In this document: positions 1 through 9,380 of the stretch, piece after piece
Numbering within the stretch: position 1 is the first letter of the stretch
How the letters are laid out: each line of letters starts with the position of its first letter
Assembly (NCBI GenBank): GCA_964473595.1
Contig: CAYYQQ010000001.1
Coordinates: forward strand, 15,231-79,230
Reading direction: 5' to 3'
Length of the DNA: 64,000 nucleotides
Source: an uncultured Steroidobacteraceae bacterium
GTDB lineage: Bacteria > Pseudomonadota > Gammaproteobacteria > Steroidobacterales > Steroidobacteraceae
Notes under the pieces: generated by a model
What the model was told of the DNA's origin: nothing
What the model saw: only the letters and a program-made list of their open reading frames with translations
Database searches by the model: none
Translations under genes and position numbers: made by a program

Positions 1-1
1 G

Positions 2-3000
2 GGCACCTGGATCTCGACCGACGTCTCCCCCGACGGCCACTCGCTGGTCTTCGACCTGTTGGGCGATCTTTATTTGCTGCCGATCGAGGGCGGCAAGGCA
101 AAGGCTCTCAGCCGCGGGATGGCCTTCGACACCCAGCCGCGATTCTCACCCGACGGCCGGCGCATCACTTTTGTGAGCGACCGGGATGGCTCCGAAAATG
201 TCTGGCTGATGGACACCGACGGGCGCGGCGAGCCCCGGCGAGTGACTGAAGGCCAGGACACGGTCTTCGTCTCGCCCGAGTGGACGCCGGACGGCAAGGG
301 AGTCGTGGTATCGCGCACGAGTGTGGTCCGGAATTCACTGATGGAACTGCTGTTCTACCCGCTCGCGGGTGGCACACCCACGAGCCTGGTGAACGGCGAG
401 GATCATGGGCTGACCGCCGTAGGCGCGGCATTCGGCCCAGACTCGAAGCAGGTGTATTTCGCCCAAAAGCCCAAGGAGCAGCAGAATTATTTCCCGCAGA
501 TCGGGCAATACCAGCTGGCCGTACTGGACCGGGACACCGGAGACATCCATCCCCTTACCAACACCCAAGGCGGCGGGCTGCGACCGGTGCTGTCGCCGGA
601 CGGCAGCTGGCTCGTCTACGCGAGTCGCTTTCACGCGGGCACCGGGCTCAGGTTGCGTGACCTGTCAAACGGAGCGGAGCGTTGGCTGATCAGTCCCGTT
701 GAGTCCGATGACCAGACCGCGCAGCACGCGAGCTGGGACCTTATGCCGGGCGCGAGCTTTACCCCCGACTCGAAGGCGCTGGTGACGACCTCAGCGGGCA
801 AGCTGTGGAAGCTGGCTATTCCCTCCGGCGTCAAGAGTCCCATCCCATTCAGTGTCGACGTCGATCAGCCGTTGGGGCCGGCGATCAAGACCGATCGTCG
901 CCTCGCGGATGGACCGGTGCACGCGCGGCGCATCTCCTCGCCCGCACTCTCCCCGGACGGGCAGCGCGTGGCCTTCTCGGCGCTTGGGCGGATCTGGGTG
1001 ATGGATCTGCCGGACGGAAAACCGCAGCGCCTCACCGACACCGGGCATGGCGAGTTCCAGCCCGCGTGGTCACCCGATGGCAGCCAGATCGTGTACGCGA
1101 GCTGGGAAGGCATGGCTGAGGGCGGGCACATCTATCGAGTCGATGCGCAGGGTCGGCGTGAGCGACTCACGCCCGACGGCGCGTTCTACGGCTGGCCGAC
1201 GTTTTCGCCGGACGGGCAGCGGATCGCGGTGACCGTGATGTCGCGGCAGGCCTGGATCGATGATCTGCTCACCTACGGCGAGGATCTGAGCCCGCGCGCC
1301 GGACAACGCACCGAGCTGGCATGGATACCGGCCGAGGGTGGAGAACTGCGGCGGGTAATGCCGCTGCACGGGCTGGGGCGGCCACACTTCACGGCCGATC
1401 CCGAACGCATTTTCGTGTTCCAGAATCCGGAACCTGATCCATCGGGCCACGGCGGTCTGGTATCCGTGCGCTTCGACGGCAGCGAGCTTCGCGTACACGC
1501 GACCGGTCAACTCCACAGCAACGACTGGCCTGACGCTGAGCGCGGTGCGCCGATCAGCTCGCCGATTGTCTCTCCGGATGGCCGCCACCTGCTGGTGCAG
1601 GCCGAGCGGCAGATATATCTGGTCGGCTTGCCCGACATGCGCGAGGGACCGGTCCAGGTCTCCCTGGACACTCCGCGCCCCGGGCAGTCGGTGCGGCGCA
1701 TCAGCGACGCCGGCGGCGAGTTCGCGGGCTGGAGCCACGACGGGCGTGAGGCAGTCTTTACGCTGGGCTCGAGCCTGTTTCGTTACAACCTTGACTCGAC
1801 GGCACTGCAGGAGACGAGGATCCGGATCGAACTGCCACGCCAGGTACCCGAGGGCGACATCCTGATGAGTGGCGCACGGGTGATCACGATGCGCGGCGAT
1901 GAGATCCTGCCGGAGGCCGACATCCTGATTACGCGCAACCGCATCGCGGCAGTCGGGGCGCACGGCACGCTGCATGTTCCAGCCGGAGCGAGGCGTCTCG
2001 ATCTCGCGGGCAATACTGTAGTGCCGGGGTTTCTCGACCTGCACAACCACCAGGGTACCCCGCAGGAGACGCGCCTGATCCAGCCCTGGGAGTTCATCTC
2101 GAGCCTCGCGTACGGAGTTACCACCGCCTACGACACCGGGGCGGCGGGAGCCTCGCTGGTGGACTACGCGGACCTCATCGAGACCGGCGAACTTGTCGGG
2201 CCGCGCTTCTTCGGCACGGGCGGCATCCTGCTACCAGGCATGGTCGACGAACTGCAGAGCCTCGACGACGCACGCATTCTGCTGCGGCGCTACGTGACGG
2301 CCTACGAACTGGATGGCGCCAAGGAGTACGCCTTCGGCGGCCGCCGCAAGCGCCAGTTGCTGATGATGGCAGCTGCGGAAGCCCGCGTACCGACGCACAC
2401 CGAGGGCAACGGCGAGAACAAGCCCGGCATCACCGAAATCATTGACGGTTACACCGCGCACCAGCACTACTTCACGATTGCGCCGCTCTACCGCGACGTG
2501 GTGGAACTGATCGCGCGCTCGGGCGCGGGCTATGTGCCGACGCTGTTGATCACGCACGGCGCGCAGGGTGCCGAGGAATATTACTACCCGCGGATGCCGG
2601 TTCACGACGACCCGAAGCTCGCCCACTTTACACCGCATCCTTTCCTGGACCGCCAGACACGTCGGCGCGAGGGCATCTGGCTGCAGTGGCTGCACGACGA
2701 GGAATGGCCGTTCCCCCGCTTCGCGAAATCGGCGGGCGCCGTGATCCGCGCTGGCGGCAAAGTGGGTGTGGGTGCGCACGGGCAGCGGCAGGGTCTTGGC
2801 TACCACTGGGAGATGTGGAGCCTCGCGACCGGTATGAGCAATCACGATGTGCTGCGCGCAGCGACCGTGCTCGGCGCCCGCATTATTGGCCTGGAGCAGG
2901 ATCTTGGCACGATCGAGCCAGGCAAGATGGCCGACCTAGTGGTCCTCGACGCCGACCCCCTCGAGGATATCCACAACAGCGCCGCGATCCGCTATGTGGT

Positions 3001-3106
3001 CAAGAACGGCGTGGTCTACTCGGGCGACACGCTCTCGGAGCTGCTGCCCGAGCCCCGGGTGCGTGACTGGCTACGAGGCTGGCAGGAGGATCCGCCGAGC
3101 CCCTAG
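2..3106 (+). CDS. TolB/WD40-like beta-propeller fused to a C-terminal metal-dependent amidohydrolase; 5' end lies outside the window
   Basis: The frame is open to the window edge (GTWISTDVSPDGHSLVFDLLGDLY precedes the track's ATG at 59). Repeated propeller blades are present: FSPDGRRITFVSDRDG, LSPDGSWLVY, LSPDGQRVAF, WSPDGSQIVY, FSPDGQRIAV, VSPDGRHLLV. The C-terminal amidohydrolase region has VVPGFLDLHNHQG and ADLVVLDADPLEDI. Confidence 0.8.
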   Translation, partial: GTWISTDVSPDGHSLVFDLLGDLYLLPIEGGKAKALSRGMAFDTQPRFSPDGRRITFVSDRDGSENVWLMDTDGRGEPRRVTEGQDTVFVSPEWTPDGKGVVVSRTSVVRNSLMELLFYPLAGGTPTSLVNGEDHGLTAVGAAFGPDSKQVYFAQKPKEQQNYFPQIGQYQLAVLDRDTGDIHPLTNTQGGGLRPVLSPDGSWLVYASRFHAGTGLRLRDLSNGAERWLISPVESDDQTAQHASWDLMPGASFTPDSKALVTTSAGKLWKLAIPSGVKSPIPFSVDVDQPLGPAIKTDRRLADGPVHARRISSPALSPDGQRVAFSALGRIWVMDLPDGKPQRLTDTGHGEFQPAWSPDGSQIVYASWEGMAEGGHIYRVDAQGRRERLTPDGAFYGWPTFSPDGQRIAVTVMSRQAWIDDLLTYGEDLSPRAGQRTELAWIPAEGGELRRVMPLHGLGRPHFTADPERIFVFQNPEPDPSGHGGLVSVRFDGSELRVHATGQLHSNDWPDAERGAPISSPIVSPDGRHLLVQAERQIYLVGLPDMREGPVQVSLDTPRPGQSVRRISDAGGEFAGWSHDGREAVFTLGSSLFRYNLDSTALQETRIRIELPRQVPEGDILMSGARVITMRGDEILPEADILITRNRIAAVGAHGTLHVPAGARRLDLAGNTVVPGFLDLHNHQGTPQETRLIQPWEFISSLAYGVTTAYDTGAAGASLVDYADLIETGELVGPRFFGTGGILLPGMVDELQSLDDARILLRRYVTAYELDGAKEYAFGGRRKRQLLMMAAAEARVPTHTEGNGENKPGITEIIDGYTAHQHYFTIAPLYRDVVELIARSGAGYVPTLLITHGAQGAEEYYYPRMPVHDDPKLAHFTPHPFLDRQTRRREGIWLQWLHDEEWPFPRFAKSAGAVIRAGGKVGVGAHGQRQGLGYHWEMWSLATGMSNHDVLRAATVLGARIIGLEQDLGTIEPGKMADLVVLDADPLEDIHNSAAIRYVVKNGVVYSGDTLSELLPEPRVRDWLRGWQEDPPSP

Positions 3107-3267
3107 AGGCTCAGGCAATTTGACTCCTTCCTGACTAATGAAGGGTCGACTTTGCAGCGTACTGCTGCTCGGCGCGCCCGCGGTCGCAGCTGCGGCCGCG
3201 CCGCCGATGGATATTTGGGAATATTGCCTTTATCCTTCATAGGCTCCAAACGCATTGGAGGTCGTGC

Positions 3268-3759
3268 ATGTCGAATCGCCCAAGAATCTCCCGCCGTGCG
3301 GCGATCAGTGCTGCCGGCATTGGCGCGCTGTCCCTGTTCGCCAAGGCCCATGGGATGAAGATCACTGATTCATCCATTCATCAAAATACCAAGTTCCTGC
3401 TGGACCGTGATCACAAAGATCTGGTGCTTTGGGACAACGTTCACGATGGAGATGGCACAATTCGCGTCAAGATTTTCCATTTTGACGATGCCGCCAAACC
3501 CTCGCTGCTCCTGATCTATAACATCCCACCCGGCGGTAGTGAGGGCGTGCATACCCATAATGTGGGTGATGAGAAGATGGGGTCTTATGACGAGTTCTAT
3601 TACATCCTGGCTGGCGAAGGTGAAATGGAAATCGCCGATGAAAAACTGACTGTTTCACCAGGTGACCACGTCTATACCCCCAATGGCGTGGCCCACGGCA
3701 TCCGCAATACATCAACAGAGCACGATCTGAAACTCTTTCTGACCGCCGTTGCCCGCTGA
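3268..3759 (+). CDS. Tat-exported single-domain cupin protein
   Basis: Twin-arginine leader MSNRPRISRRAAISAAGIGALSLFAKAHG. Cupin motifs GVHTHNVGDE and GVAHGIRN. RBS GGAGG lies 6 nt upstream. The gene is markedly AT-rich compared with its flanks. Confidence 0.7.
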   Translation: MSNRPRISRRAAISAAGIGALSLFAKAHGMKITDSSIHQNTKFLLDRDHKDLVLWDNVHDGDGTIRVKIFHFDDAAKPSLLLIYNIPPGGSEGVHTHNVGDEKMGSYDEFYYILAGEGEMEIADEKLTVSPGDHVYTPNGVAHGIRNTSTEHDLKLFLTAVAR

Positions 3760-3991
3760 CACACTGCCGCCCGAAACTCTGAATGCCCTCGATATTGAAT
3801 GGGACCGCAGCGCCGCTAACCACTTTCTCGCTCCCCACGAGATAGTCCCAATATTGCATGAGTTCTTGGTTCATCCGACCACCCACTGGCGCACCGGTAC
3901 CTGTGGATACACGTGCTCAACGCCTCAGAAATCCAGCCTGATCACCAAAAAAAAGGAAGGACCCGTCGCGGTGCCTTTCTAGTCGGGCGGA

Positions 3992-4071
3992 GAGTTTCCG
4001 CGAAAGCCGGCTCAGTCCTCCATCAGGAAACTTCTGGGCTGCTCGCCGCGGCTAGGGCACCGGAGTTTCCG
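3992..4071. promoter_or_regulatory. Three copies of an AGTTTCC/GGAAACT core (two exact GAGTTTCCG 9-mers plus one inverted copy) upstream of soxB
   Basis: GAGTTTCCG occurs at 3992-4000 and 4063-4071, and GGAAACT (the reverse complement of the core) at 4026-4032. Spacing is about 33-38 bp. The sites lie in the 518-bp non-coding gap, 207-286 bp upstream of the soxB ATG. Confidence 0.3.
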
Positions 4072-4277
4072 TACCGCCCTGGCCTCGCGCCGGGGTCAGC
4101 TGCAACAGCACGCCGTGCACGGTCTCGCGCAGCGACTCCGCGCTCGCGATGTCGCGATTGACGGCCATCAGCTCCCGGACCGAGCGCGTTAATGACGCCC
4201 TGACAGCTTTGCAACGATTCAATTATGCTGAGAAGGCAATAGCCCGTGAAGAATTACAGGCCAGGAAACTGCACATT

Positions 4278-5534
4278 ATGAAGTCGTACTCCGCGTGGTC
4301 CGTGTTTCGGCATGCCTTGAGTGGCAACCGAAACTGGCCTCGCGCGTGGCGAGACCCGGAACCCAAGTCAGGCTACAGCATCATTGTCGTCGGCGGTGGC
4401 GGTCATGGCCTTGCGACAGCCTATTATCTCGCCAGAGTGCATGGCATTCGCGACATCGCAGTGCTGGAAAGATCCTACATCGGCAGCGGCAATACGGGCC
4501 GCAACACGACGATCGTTCGCTCCAATTATGAGCAGGACGCCAATGCGCATTTCTATGAGTTCTCATTGAAGCTGTGGGAGGGCCTTAGTCTCGATCTGAA
4601 CTACAACACAATGTTCAGCCAGCGCGGTGTCGTTGACGTGGCCCAAAGCGAGGGCGTGGTCGAGCGATACATCCGGCGCGGCAATGCGATGCGCCTGAAC
4701 GGCATCGATGCCGAGTTCCTGAATGCCCAGCAAGTGCGTGAAGTGTTACCTGGCCTGTACGACGACAATGAAAGCCGCTTTCCAGTCTATGGCGGTCTGA
4801 TGCAGTCGCGCGCCGGAAACGCCCGGCACGACGCGGTGGCCTGGGGTTTTGCTCGCGCTGCAGACCAACTCGGTGTCGATATCATTCAGGGATGCGAGGT
4901 CACCGGTTTCATGCGCAACGGCGAGCACATCGTTGGCGTGCAAACAACTCGCGGCGCAATTCATGCCGATCGCGTAGGACTCGCGGTAGCTGGGAGTACG
5001 GGACACGTTGCCGGTTTGGCCGGACTGCGCCTGCCGATCGAAAGCCACGTCCTGCAAGCGTTTGTAACCGAACCGGTGAAGCCGGTGATCAACACGGTGG
5101 CAACCTTTGAAGTCGGCGATTTTTATATCAGCCAGTCCGACCGCGGCAGCCTGGTTTTCGGCGGCGAACTGGACCGTTACAACTCCTATGCGCAGCGCGG
5201 CAACTTGCCGGCCGTGCACGATGTCCTTGAGGCGGCCGTCACCATGTTTCCGATGCTCGGGCGGGTGCGCTTGCTGCGTCACTGGGGCGGCGTTGTCGAC
5301 ATGACGCCGGATGGTTCACCGATAATCTGCAAGTCGCCTATCGACGGGCTCTTCCTCAATTGCGGCTGGTGCTATGGCGGTTTCAAGGCAACTCCCGGAT
5401 CCGGCTGGATGTTTGCTCACACGCTAGCCAACGGCGAACCGCACGAGATAAATGCGCCTTTTACGCTCGATCGCTTCGAGCGCGGCTACACCATCAACGA
5501 AAACGGCGCCGGGCCGGTTTTCAACCTGCACTGA
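4278..5534 (+). CDS. soxB: Sarcosine oxidase beta subunit
   Basis: N-terminus MKSYSAWSVFRHALSGNRNWPRAWRDPEPKSGYSIIVVGGGGHGLATAYYLA matches the conserved SoxB N-terminus, including the GGGGHG FAD fold. Delta, alpha and gamma genes follow directly. ATG 4278 is preferred over the track's 4149. Confidence 0.9.
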   Translation: MKSYSAWSVFRHALSGNRNWPRAWRDPEPKSGYSIIVVGGGGHGLATAYYLARVHGIRDIAVLERSYIGSGNTGRNTTIVRSNYEQDANAHFYEFSLKLWEGLSLDLNYNTMFSQRGVVDVAQSEGVVERYIRRGNAMRLNGIDAEFLNAQQVREVLPGLYDDNESRFPVYGGLMQSRAGNARHDAVAWGFARAADQLGVDIIQGCEVTGFMRNGEHIVGVQTTRGAIHADRVGLAVAGSTGHVAGLAGLRLPIESHVLQAFVTEPVKPVINTVATFEVGDFYISQSDRGSLVFGGELDRYNSYAQRGNLPAVHDVLEAAVTMFPMLGRVRLLRHWGGVVDMTPDGSPIICKSPIDGLFLNCGWCYGGFKATPGSGWMFAHTLANGEPHEINAPFTLDRFERGYTINENGAGPVFNLH

Positions 5535-5544
5535 GCAGCTGACG

Positions 5545-5829
5545 TTGATTCGAATTCCCTGCCCGCACTGCGGCCTGCGCGATCACAGCGAATTCACCTA
5601 CCTGGGTGACGCGACGGTTGCGCGCCCGGACGAAAAAGATGCAGAAGACTGCAGTCGAGGAGGTAAGTGGTCACGCTATCTTTACCAGAGAGATAATCCG
5701 CGCGGTGTTCACGAGGAGCTCTGGCATCACGGAAAGGGCTGTCGCTCCTGGCTCGTTGTCACACGTAATACCGCAACTCATGAGGTAATCGCTGCGAAGC
5801 TGGCCCACGATCGCGGAGAACAAACGTGA
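5545..5829 (+). CDS. soxD: Sarcosine oxidase delta subunit
   Basis: About 94 aa with the Cys/His zinc motif (CPHCG ... HHGKGC) typical of SoxD. It starts 8-11 nt after the soxB stop. There is no in-frame ATG there, so TTG 5545 (or CTG 5539) is the likely start. Confidence 0.8.
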   Translation: MIRIPCPHCGLRDHSEFTYLGDATVARPDEKDAEDCSRGGKWSRYLYQRDNPRGVHEELWHHGKGCRSWLVVTRNTATHEVIAAKLAHDRGEQT

Positions 5830-8753
5830 GCAAGCGGCTGGCGGAAGGCGGCCGTATCGACCGAACGCAACCTGTAAGTTTCTGCTTCAACGGCAAGGAG
5901 TACGGCGGTTTCGCGGGTGACACGCTGGCATCTGCCTTGCTGGCCAATGGCATCTTGCTGGTCGCGCGCAGCTTCAAGTACCACCGACCGCGCGGCATCT
6001 ATTCCGCCGGCGTCGAAGAGCCGAATGCATTGGTCACCGTCGGCACTGGTGCGCGCCGCGAGCCCAATACACGAGCGACATCAATTGAAATTTATGACGG
6101 GCTCGTCGCAAGCAGTCAGAACGCATGGCCCAGCGTCAATTGTGATATCGGTGCGATCAATAATCTTTTCTCGCGCTTTTTCTCCGCGGGGTTTTACTAC
6201 AAGACCTTCATGTGGCCCGGCGCGCATGGTTGGCGTATTTATGAGCACTTCATTCGCCGCGCGGCCGGTATGGGCAAAGCCGCCAGCAGCGCCGATCCCG
6301 ATCGTTACGAGCGCATTGAGGCGTTTTGTGATCTGTTGGTTGTGGGCAGCGGTCCTGCCGGCATTGCCGCGGCTCTGGTAGCAGCACGTGCCGGGGCACG
6401 CGTCATTGTTGTTGATGAGAACGCAACTCACGGCGGCTCGATCACCCGGGGTACCGCCGATGACGGGGCGGCACTGCGCTGCTGGGTCAGTGAGGCGCTG
6501 AGCGAGCTTGCAAGCCTGCCAGATGTAACCGTAATGGCCAGGTGCACAGCTTTCGGCTACTACGATGGCAACGTGCTTGGTCTTGTCGAACGGGTTTCTG
6601 ATCACCTTGCAACGGTCGCGGCGGGCACACCACGCCAGCGGCATTGGATCGTGCGCGCCAGACAGGTTGTCCTGGCGACCGGCGCCATAGAGCGGCCCCT
6701 GTTGTTCGCCAACAATGATTTGCCGGGCATCATGTTGGCGAGCGCGGCGCAATGCTATCTGCGCGAATTCGCCGTCTGCCCGGGCCAGCAGGTCGTCATC
6801 TACACGAATAATGACAGCGCATACTCGACTGCCCTGGCATTTGCGCCGCATGCACGCGTGTCGCTGGTTGAAACGCGCAGAGATCCGCCGCCGGACCTGC
6901 TCGATGCCTGTCGGCGTGCGGGCGTTGAGGTGCGGACCCAATCGGTGGTCCGCCGTGCCATTGGCTCGCGTCGCGTCACCGGCGTCGATATCGAGGGCCA
7001 CGGCGTCCTTGCTTGCGACTTGCTGCTGAGTTCGGGTGGCTGGACGCCGACCATCGCGCTGCACAGCCAGGCCGGTGGCCCGCCGATCTTTGCTGCCGAG
7101 CCGCAATGCATGCTGCCCGGAGCCGCTCGCGAGTCCTGGACTGCCGCCGGCGCCTGCAACGGCGTATTCGATACGCAGGCCTGCCTCGAGCAAGGCCGAA
7201 ATGCCGCGGCAGCCGCGCTCGAAACAATCGGCATGTCGCCCGCTGCGATCACGCTCCCTGACTGCGCGACGCTCGGCAACATGATTCCCGGACCACAGCC
7301 CTTGCCGACCGGCAAGTGTTTCGTCGATTTGCAAAATGACGTCACGACCGATGACCTCGATCAAGCGACTCGCGAGGGTTACCGCGCTGCCGAACTGCTC
7401 AAGCGCTATACAACGCTCGGTATGGGTACCGACCAGGGCAAGACATCCAATATCAATGCGTTGTCGCTGCTCGCCGCAGATCGCGGTGAGTCTGTCACCG
7501 AAATCGGGGTTACAACATTTCGACCTCCGTATACGCCAGTCACGATGGGCGCCATCGCCGGTCGAAAACAAGGGCGATATATCTTGCCGATCCGCCGCAC
7601 GCCGTTGCACCACTGGAACGAGCAAAACGGCGCCATGATGAGTGATGCCGGTTTGTGGAAACGAGCACTCGCCTATCCTCGCGATGGTGAAAACCGCCAG
7701 GCTGCTGCCATTCGCGAAGCAGCCCATGTGCGCAGCGCGGTTGGCACCTGTGATGTTTCCACACTTGGCAAGATCGATATCCAGGGCCCGGATGCGAAAA
7801 TCCTCCTGGAACGCGTTTATGTTAATCGCTGGTCGACCCTGAGGCCCGGTAAGGCCCGCTACGGTGTGATGCTGCAGGATGATGGCTTTGTATTCGACGA
7901 TGGTACGACCAGTTGCCTCGACGAGACCCATTACTTCATGACGACGACCACGGATCACGCGGAGCCTGTGCTGCGAAATCTCGAGTACCTGCTGCAGGTC
8001 GTCTGGCCGACGCTGCGTGTTCACTGTTGCGATGTGACCGATCAATGGGCTGGTGTTGCGCTGGCCGGGCCGCGTAGCCGCGAACTATTGCAGCTGTTGT
8101 TTGCTGACTCAGTCGGCACCTTGCCGTTCATGGGTGTGGTCGATATCCCCTATCGCGACAAGACGGTACGCATCGTTCGTATCAGCTTCTCGGGCGAGCT
8201 GGGCTACGAGCTTTATGCGCCTTCCGCGCTTGGCGCGGAAATGCTCCGGGATTTGTACAGCTTGGGCGCAGCACTCGGCATCGCACCCTACGGACTGGAT
8301 GCCATGGATATTCTGCGTATTGAAAAAGGCCACGTGACTGGCGCCGAAATCGATGGCAATCGAACGCTTGCTGACCTCGGGCTTGAACGCATGGCGCGCA
8401 GTGACAAGCAATTCATTGGCGCGGCCATGATTAAACGCCCGGGTTTGATCGACAGCAAGCGGACCCGGATGGTAGGCCTTGAGCCGCTGGACCCGGCACA
8501 AGCTATCAGCGCAGGCTCGCACCTCGTGGCCGAGGCCAGTCCACGCGAACCATCTGTGAGTCTCGGTCACGTCAGCTCTGCCTGTTTCAGTCCCGCCCTG
8601 GGTCGCCATATCGGGCTGGGATTTGCGCGCAACGGCGAGAATCTGCACGGTTTGACTGTTTACGCAGCGAACCCTCTCGGCGGCACGCACGTGGCGGCCC
8701 GGATCGTGTCACCGCACTTTTTTGACCGTGAGGGGCAGCGACTCCGTGGGTGA
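5826..8753 (+). CDS. soxA: Sarcosine oxidase alpha subunit
   Basis: 975 aa. N-terminus FCFNGKEYGGFAGDTLASALLANG, dinucleotide fold LLVVGSGPAGIAAAL, and a C-terminal GcvT-like folate-binding domain. The GTG start overlaps the soxD stop (GTGA). Confidence 0.9.
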   Translation: MSKRLAEGGRIDRTQPVSFCFNGKEYGGFAGDTLASALLANGILLVARSFKYHRPRGIYSAGVEEPNALVTVGTGARREPNTRATSIEIYDGLVASSQNAWPSVNCDIGAINNLFSRFFSAGFYYKTFMWPGAHGWRIYEHFIRRAAGMGKAASSADPDRYERIEAFCDLLVVGSGPAGIAAALVAARAGARVIVVDENATHGGSITRGTADDGAALRCWVSEALSELASLPDVTVMARCTAFGYYDGNVLGLVERVSDHLATVAAGTPRQRHWIVRARQVVLATGAIERPLLFANNDLPGIMLASAAQCYLREFAVCPGQQVVIYTNNDSAYSTALAFAPHARVSLVETRRDPPPDLLDACRRAGVEVRTQSVVRRAIGSRRVTGVDIEGHGVLACDLLLSSGGWTPTIALHSQAGGPPIFAAEPQCMLPGAARESWTAAGACNGVFDTQACLEQGRNAAAAALETIGMSPAAITLPDCATLGNMIPGPQPLPTGKCFVDLQNDVTTDDLDQATREGYRAAELLKRYTTLGMGTDQGKTSNINALSLLAADRGESVTEIGVTTFRPPYTPVTMGAIAGRKQGRYILPIRRTPLHHWNEQNGAMMSDAGLWKRALAYPRDGENRQAAAIREAAHVRSAVGTCDVSTLGKIDIQGPDAKILLERVYVNRWSTLRPGKARYGVMLQDDGFVFDDGTTSCLDETHYFMTTTTDHAEPVLRNLEYLLQVVWPTLRVHCCDVTDQWAGVALAGPRSRELLQLLFADSVGTLPFMGVVDIPYRDKTVRIVRISFSGELGYELYAPSALGAEMLRDLYSLGAALGIAPYGLDAMDILRIEKGHVTGAEIDGNRTLADLGLERMARSDKQFIGAAMIKRPGLIDSKRTRMVGLEPLDPAQAISAGSHLVAEASPREPSVSLGHVSSACFSPALGRHIGLGFARNGENLHGLTVYAANPLGGTHVAARIVSPHFFDREGQRLRG

Positions 8754-9234
8754 CAATAGCCAACAGGTAATTGCCGATTTTGCCCTGGTCGTGATACGCC
8801 ATGCGCCAACGATGGTCCACGAGATCGCAGCGTGGCCAGGAGCCGAGGCTGCACTCAACCGCTTCGTCGAAACTCACGCTTCTGGCGCGACCAGGCATTG
8901 GCTGTCCGTAGGACCGGGGCGGTTCTGGATCATCGGTGCTGACACGCCGGACTTGGAGCAGGCCGCGAATGGCCTGGCACTGGTCGACCTGTCGAATGCC
9001 CTGTCATGCATTCGGCTGAGCGGACCGTCCACGCGACTTGTGTTGCGCAAAGGCTTGCCCATTGATCTGCATCCCGCTGTGTTTCCTGCCGGCAGCGTTG
9101 CAACATCCGCAATCGAGAACATCGTCGTCACCGTCTATAACCGCGGTGACTCGCTTGACCTGTTTTGCCGTCGCAGCTTCACCGGGAGCCTTGAACACTG
9201 GCTTGCCGATGCCGCACTGGAATTCTTGAATTGA
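8722..9234 (+). CDS. soxG: Sarcosine oxidase gamma subunit (start uncertain)
   Basis: A 170-aa ORF in the fourth position of the canonical soxBDAG order. It overlaps the soxA 3' end by 32 nt. The call rests mainly on synteny and size. Confidence 0.6.
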   Translation: MTVRGSDSVGDNSQQVIADFALVVIRHAPTMVHEIAAWPGAEAALNRFVETHASGATRHWLSVGPGRFWIIGADTPDLEQAANGLALVDLSNALSCIRLSGPSTRLVLRKGLPIDLHPAVFPAGSVATSAIENIVVTVYNRGDSLDLFCRRSFTGSLEHWLADAALEFLN

Positions 9235-9297
9235 CCTTGGGCCAGTCGAAGCTGAGACCGGGGTCGAGCGATGGGGCGATCGGGTTCCAGGACGCGG

Positions 9298-9374
9298 ACT
9301 GATCGAACGCGAAGGCAGTCCCTTGTGACCCGATCGACCAGCCTTTGGGCCTTAATCCGAGCTTGACGCGCGCT
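9298..9374. repeat. Direct repeat copy 1: relic of the BKACE gene 3' end plus downstream sequence
   Basis: 9345-9374 is identical over 30 nt to 11348-11377 (TTGGGCCTTAATCCGAGCTTGACGCGCGCT). The similarity extends leftwards to ACTGATCGAA (9298-9307 versus 11313-11322) with a 12-nt indel and 5 mismatches. Confidence 0.85.
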
Positions 9375-9380
9375 GCCTGC

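Noticed and set aside
3749-4214. Small ORFs (3749..3982, 3913..4161, 4023..4214) in the 518-bp gap upstream of soxB
   Set aside because: They have no RBS, mutually overlapping frames and low-complexity products. I treat the region as non-coding regulatory DNA.
6081-8045. 654-aa ORF antisense to soxA. Similar long antisense or out-of-frame ORFs occur at 1070..2050, 27572..29380, 28933..30282, 39733..40968, 42424..43803 and 50751..52208.
   Set aside because: They are typical stop-codon-poor shadow frames of high-GC coding DNA. Their translations are Arg/Ala/Gly/Pro-rich low-complexity sequence with no recognisable motifs, and each lies entirely opposite or inside a gene with strong family signatures.
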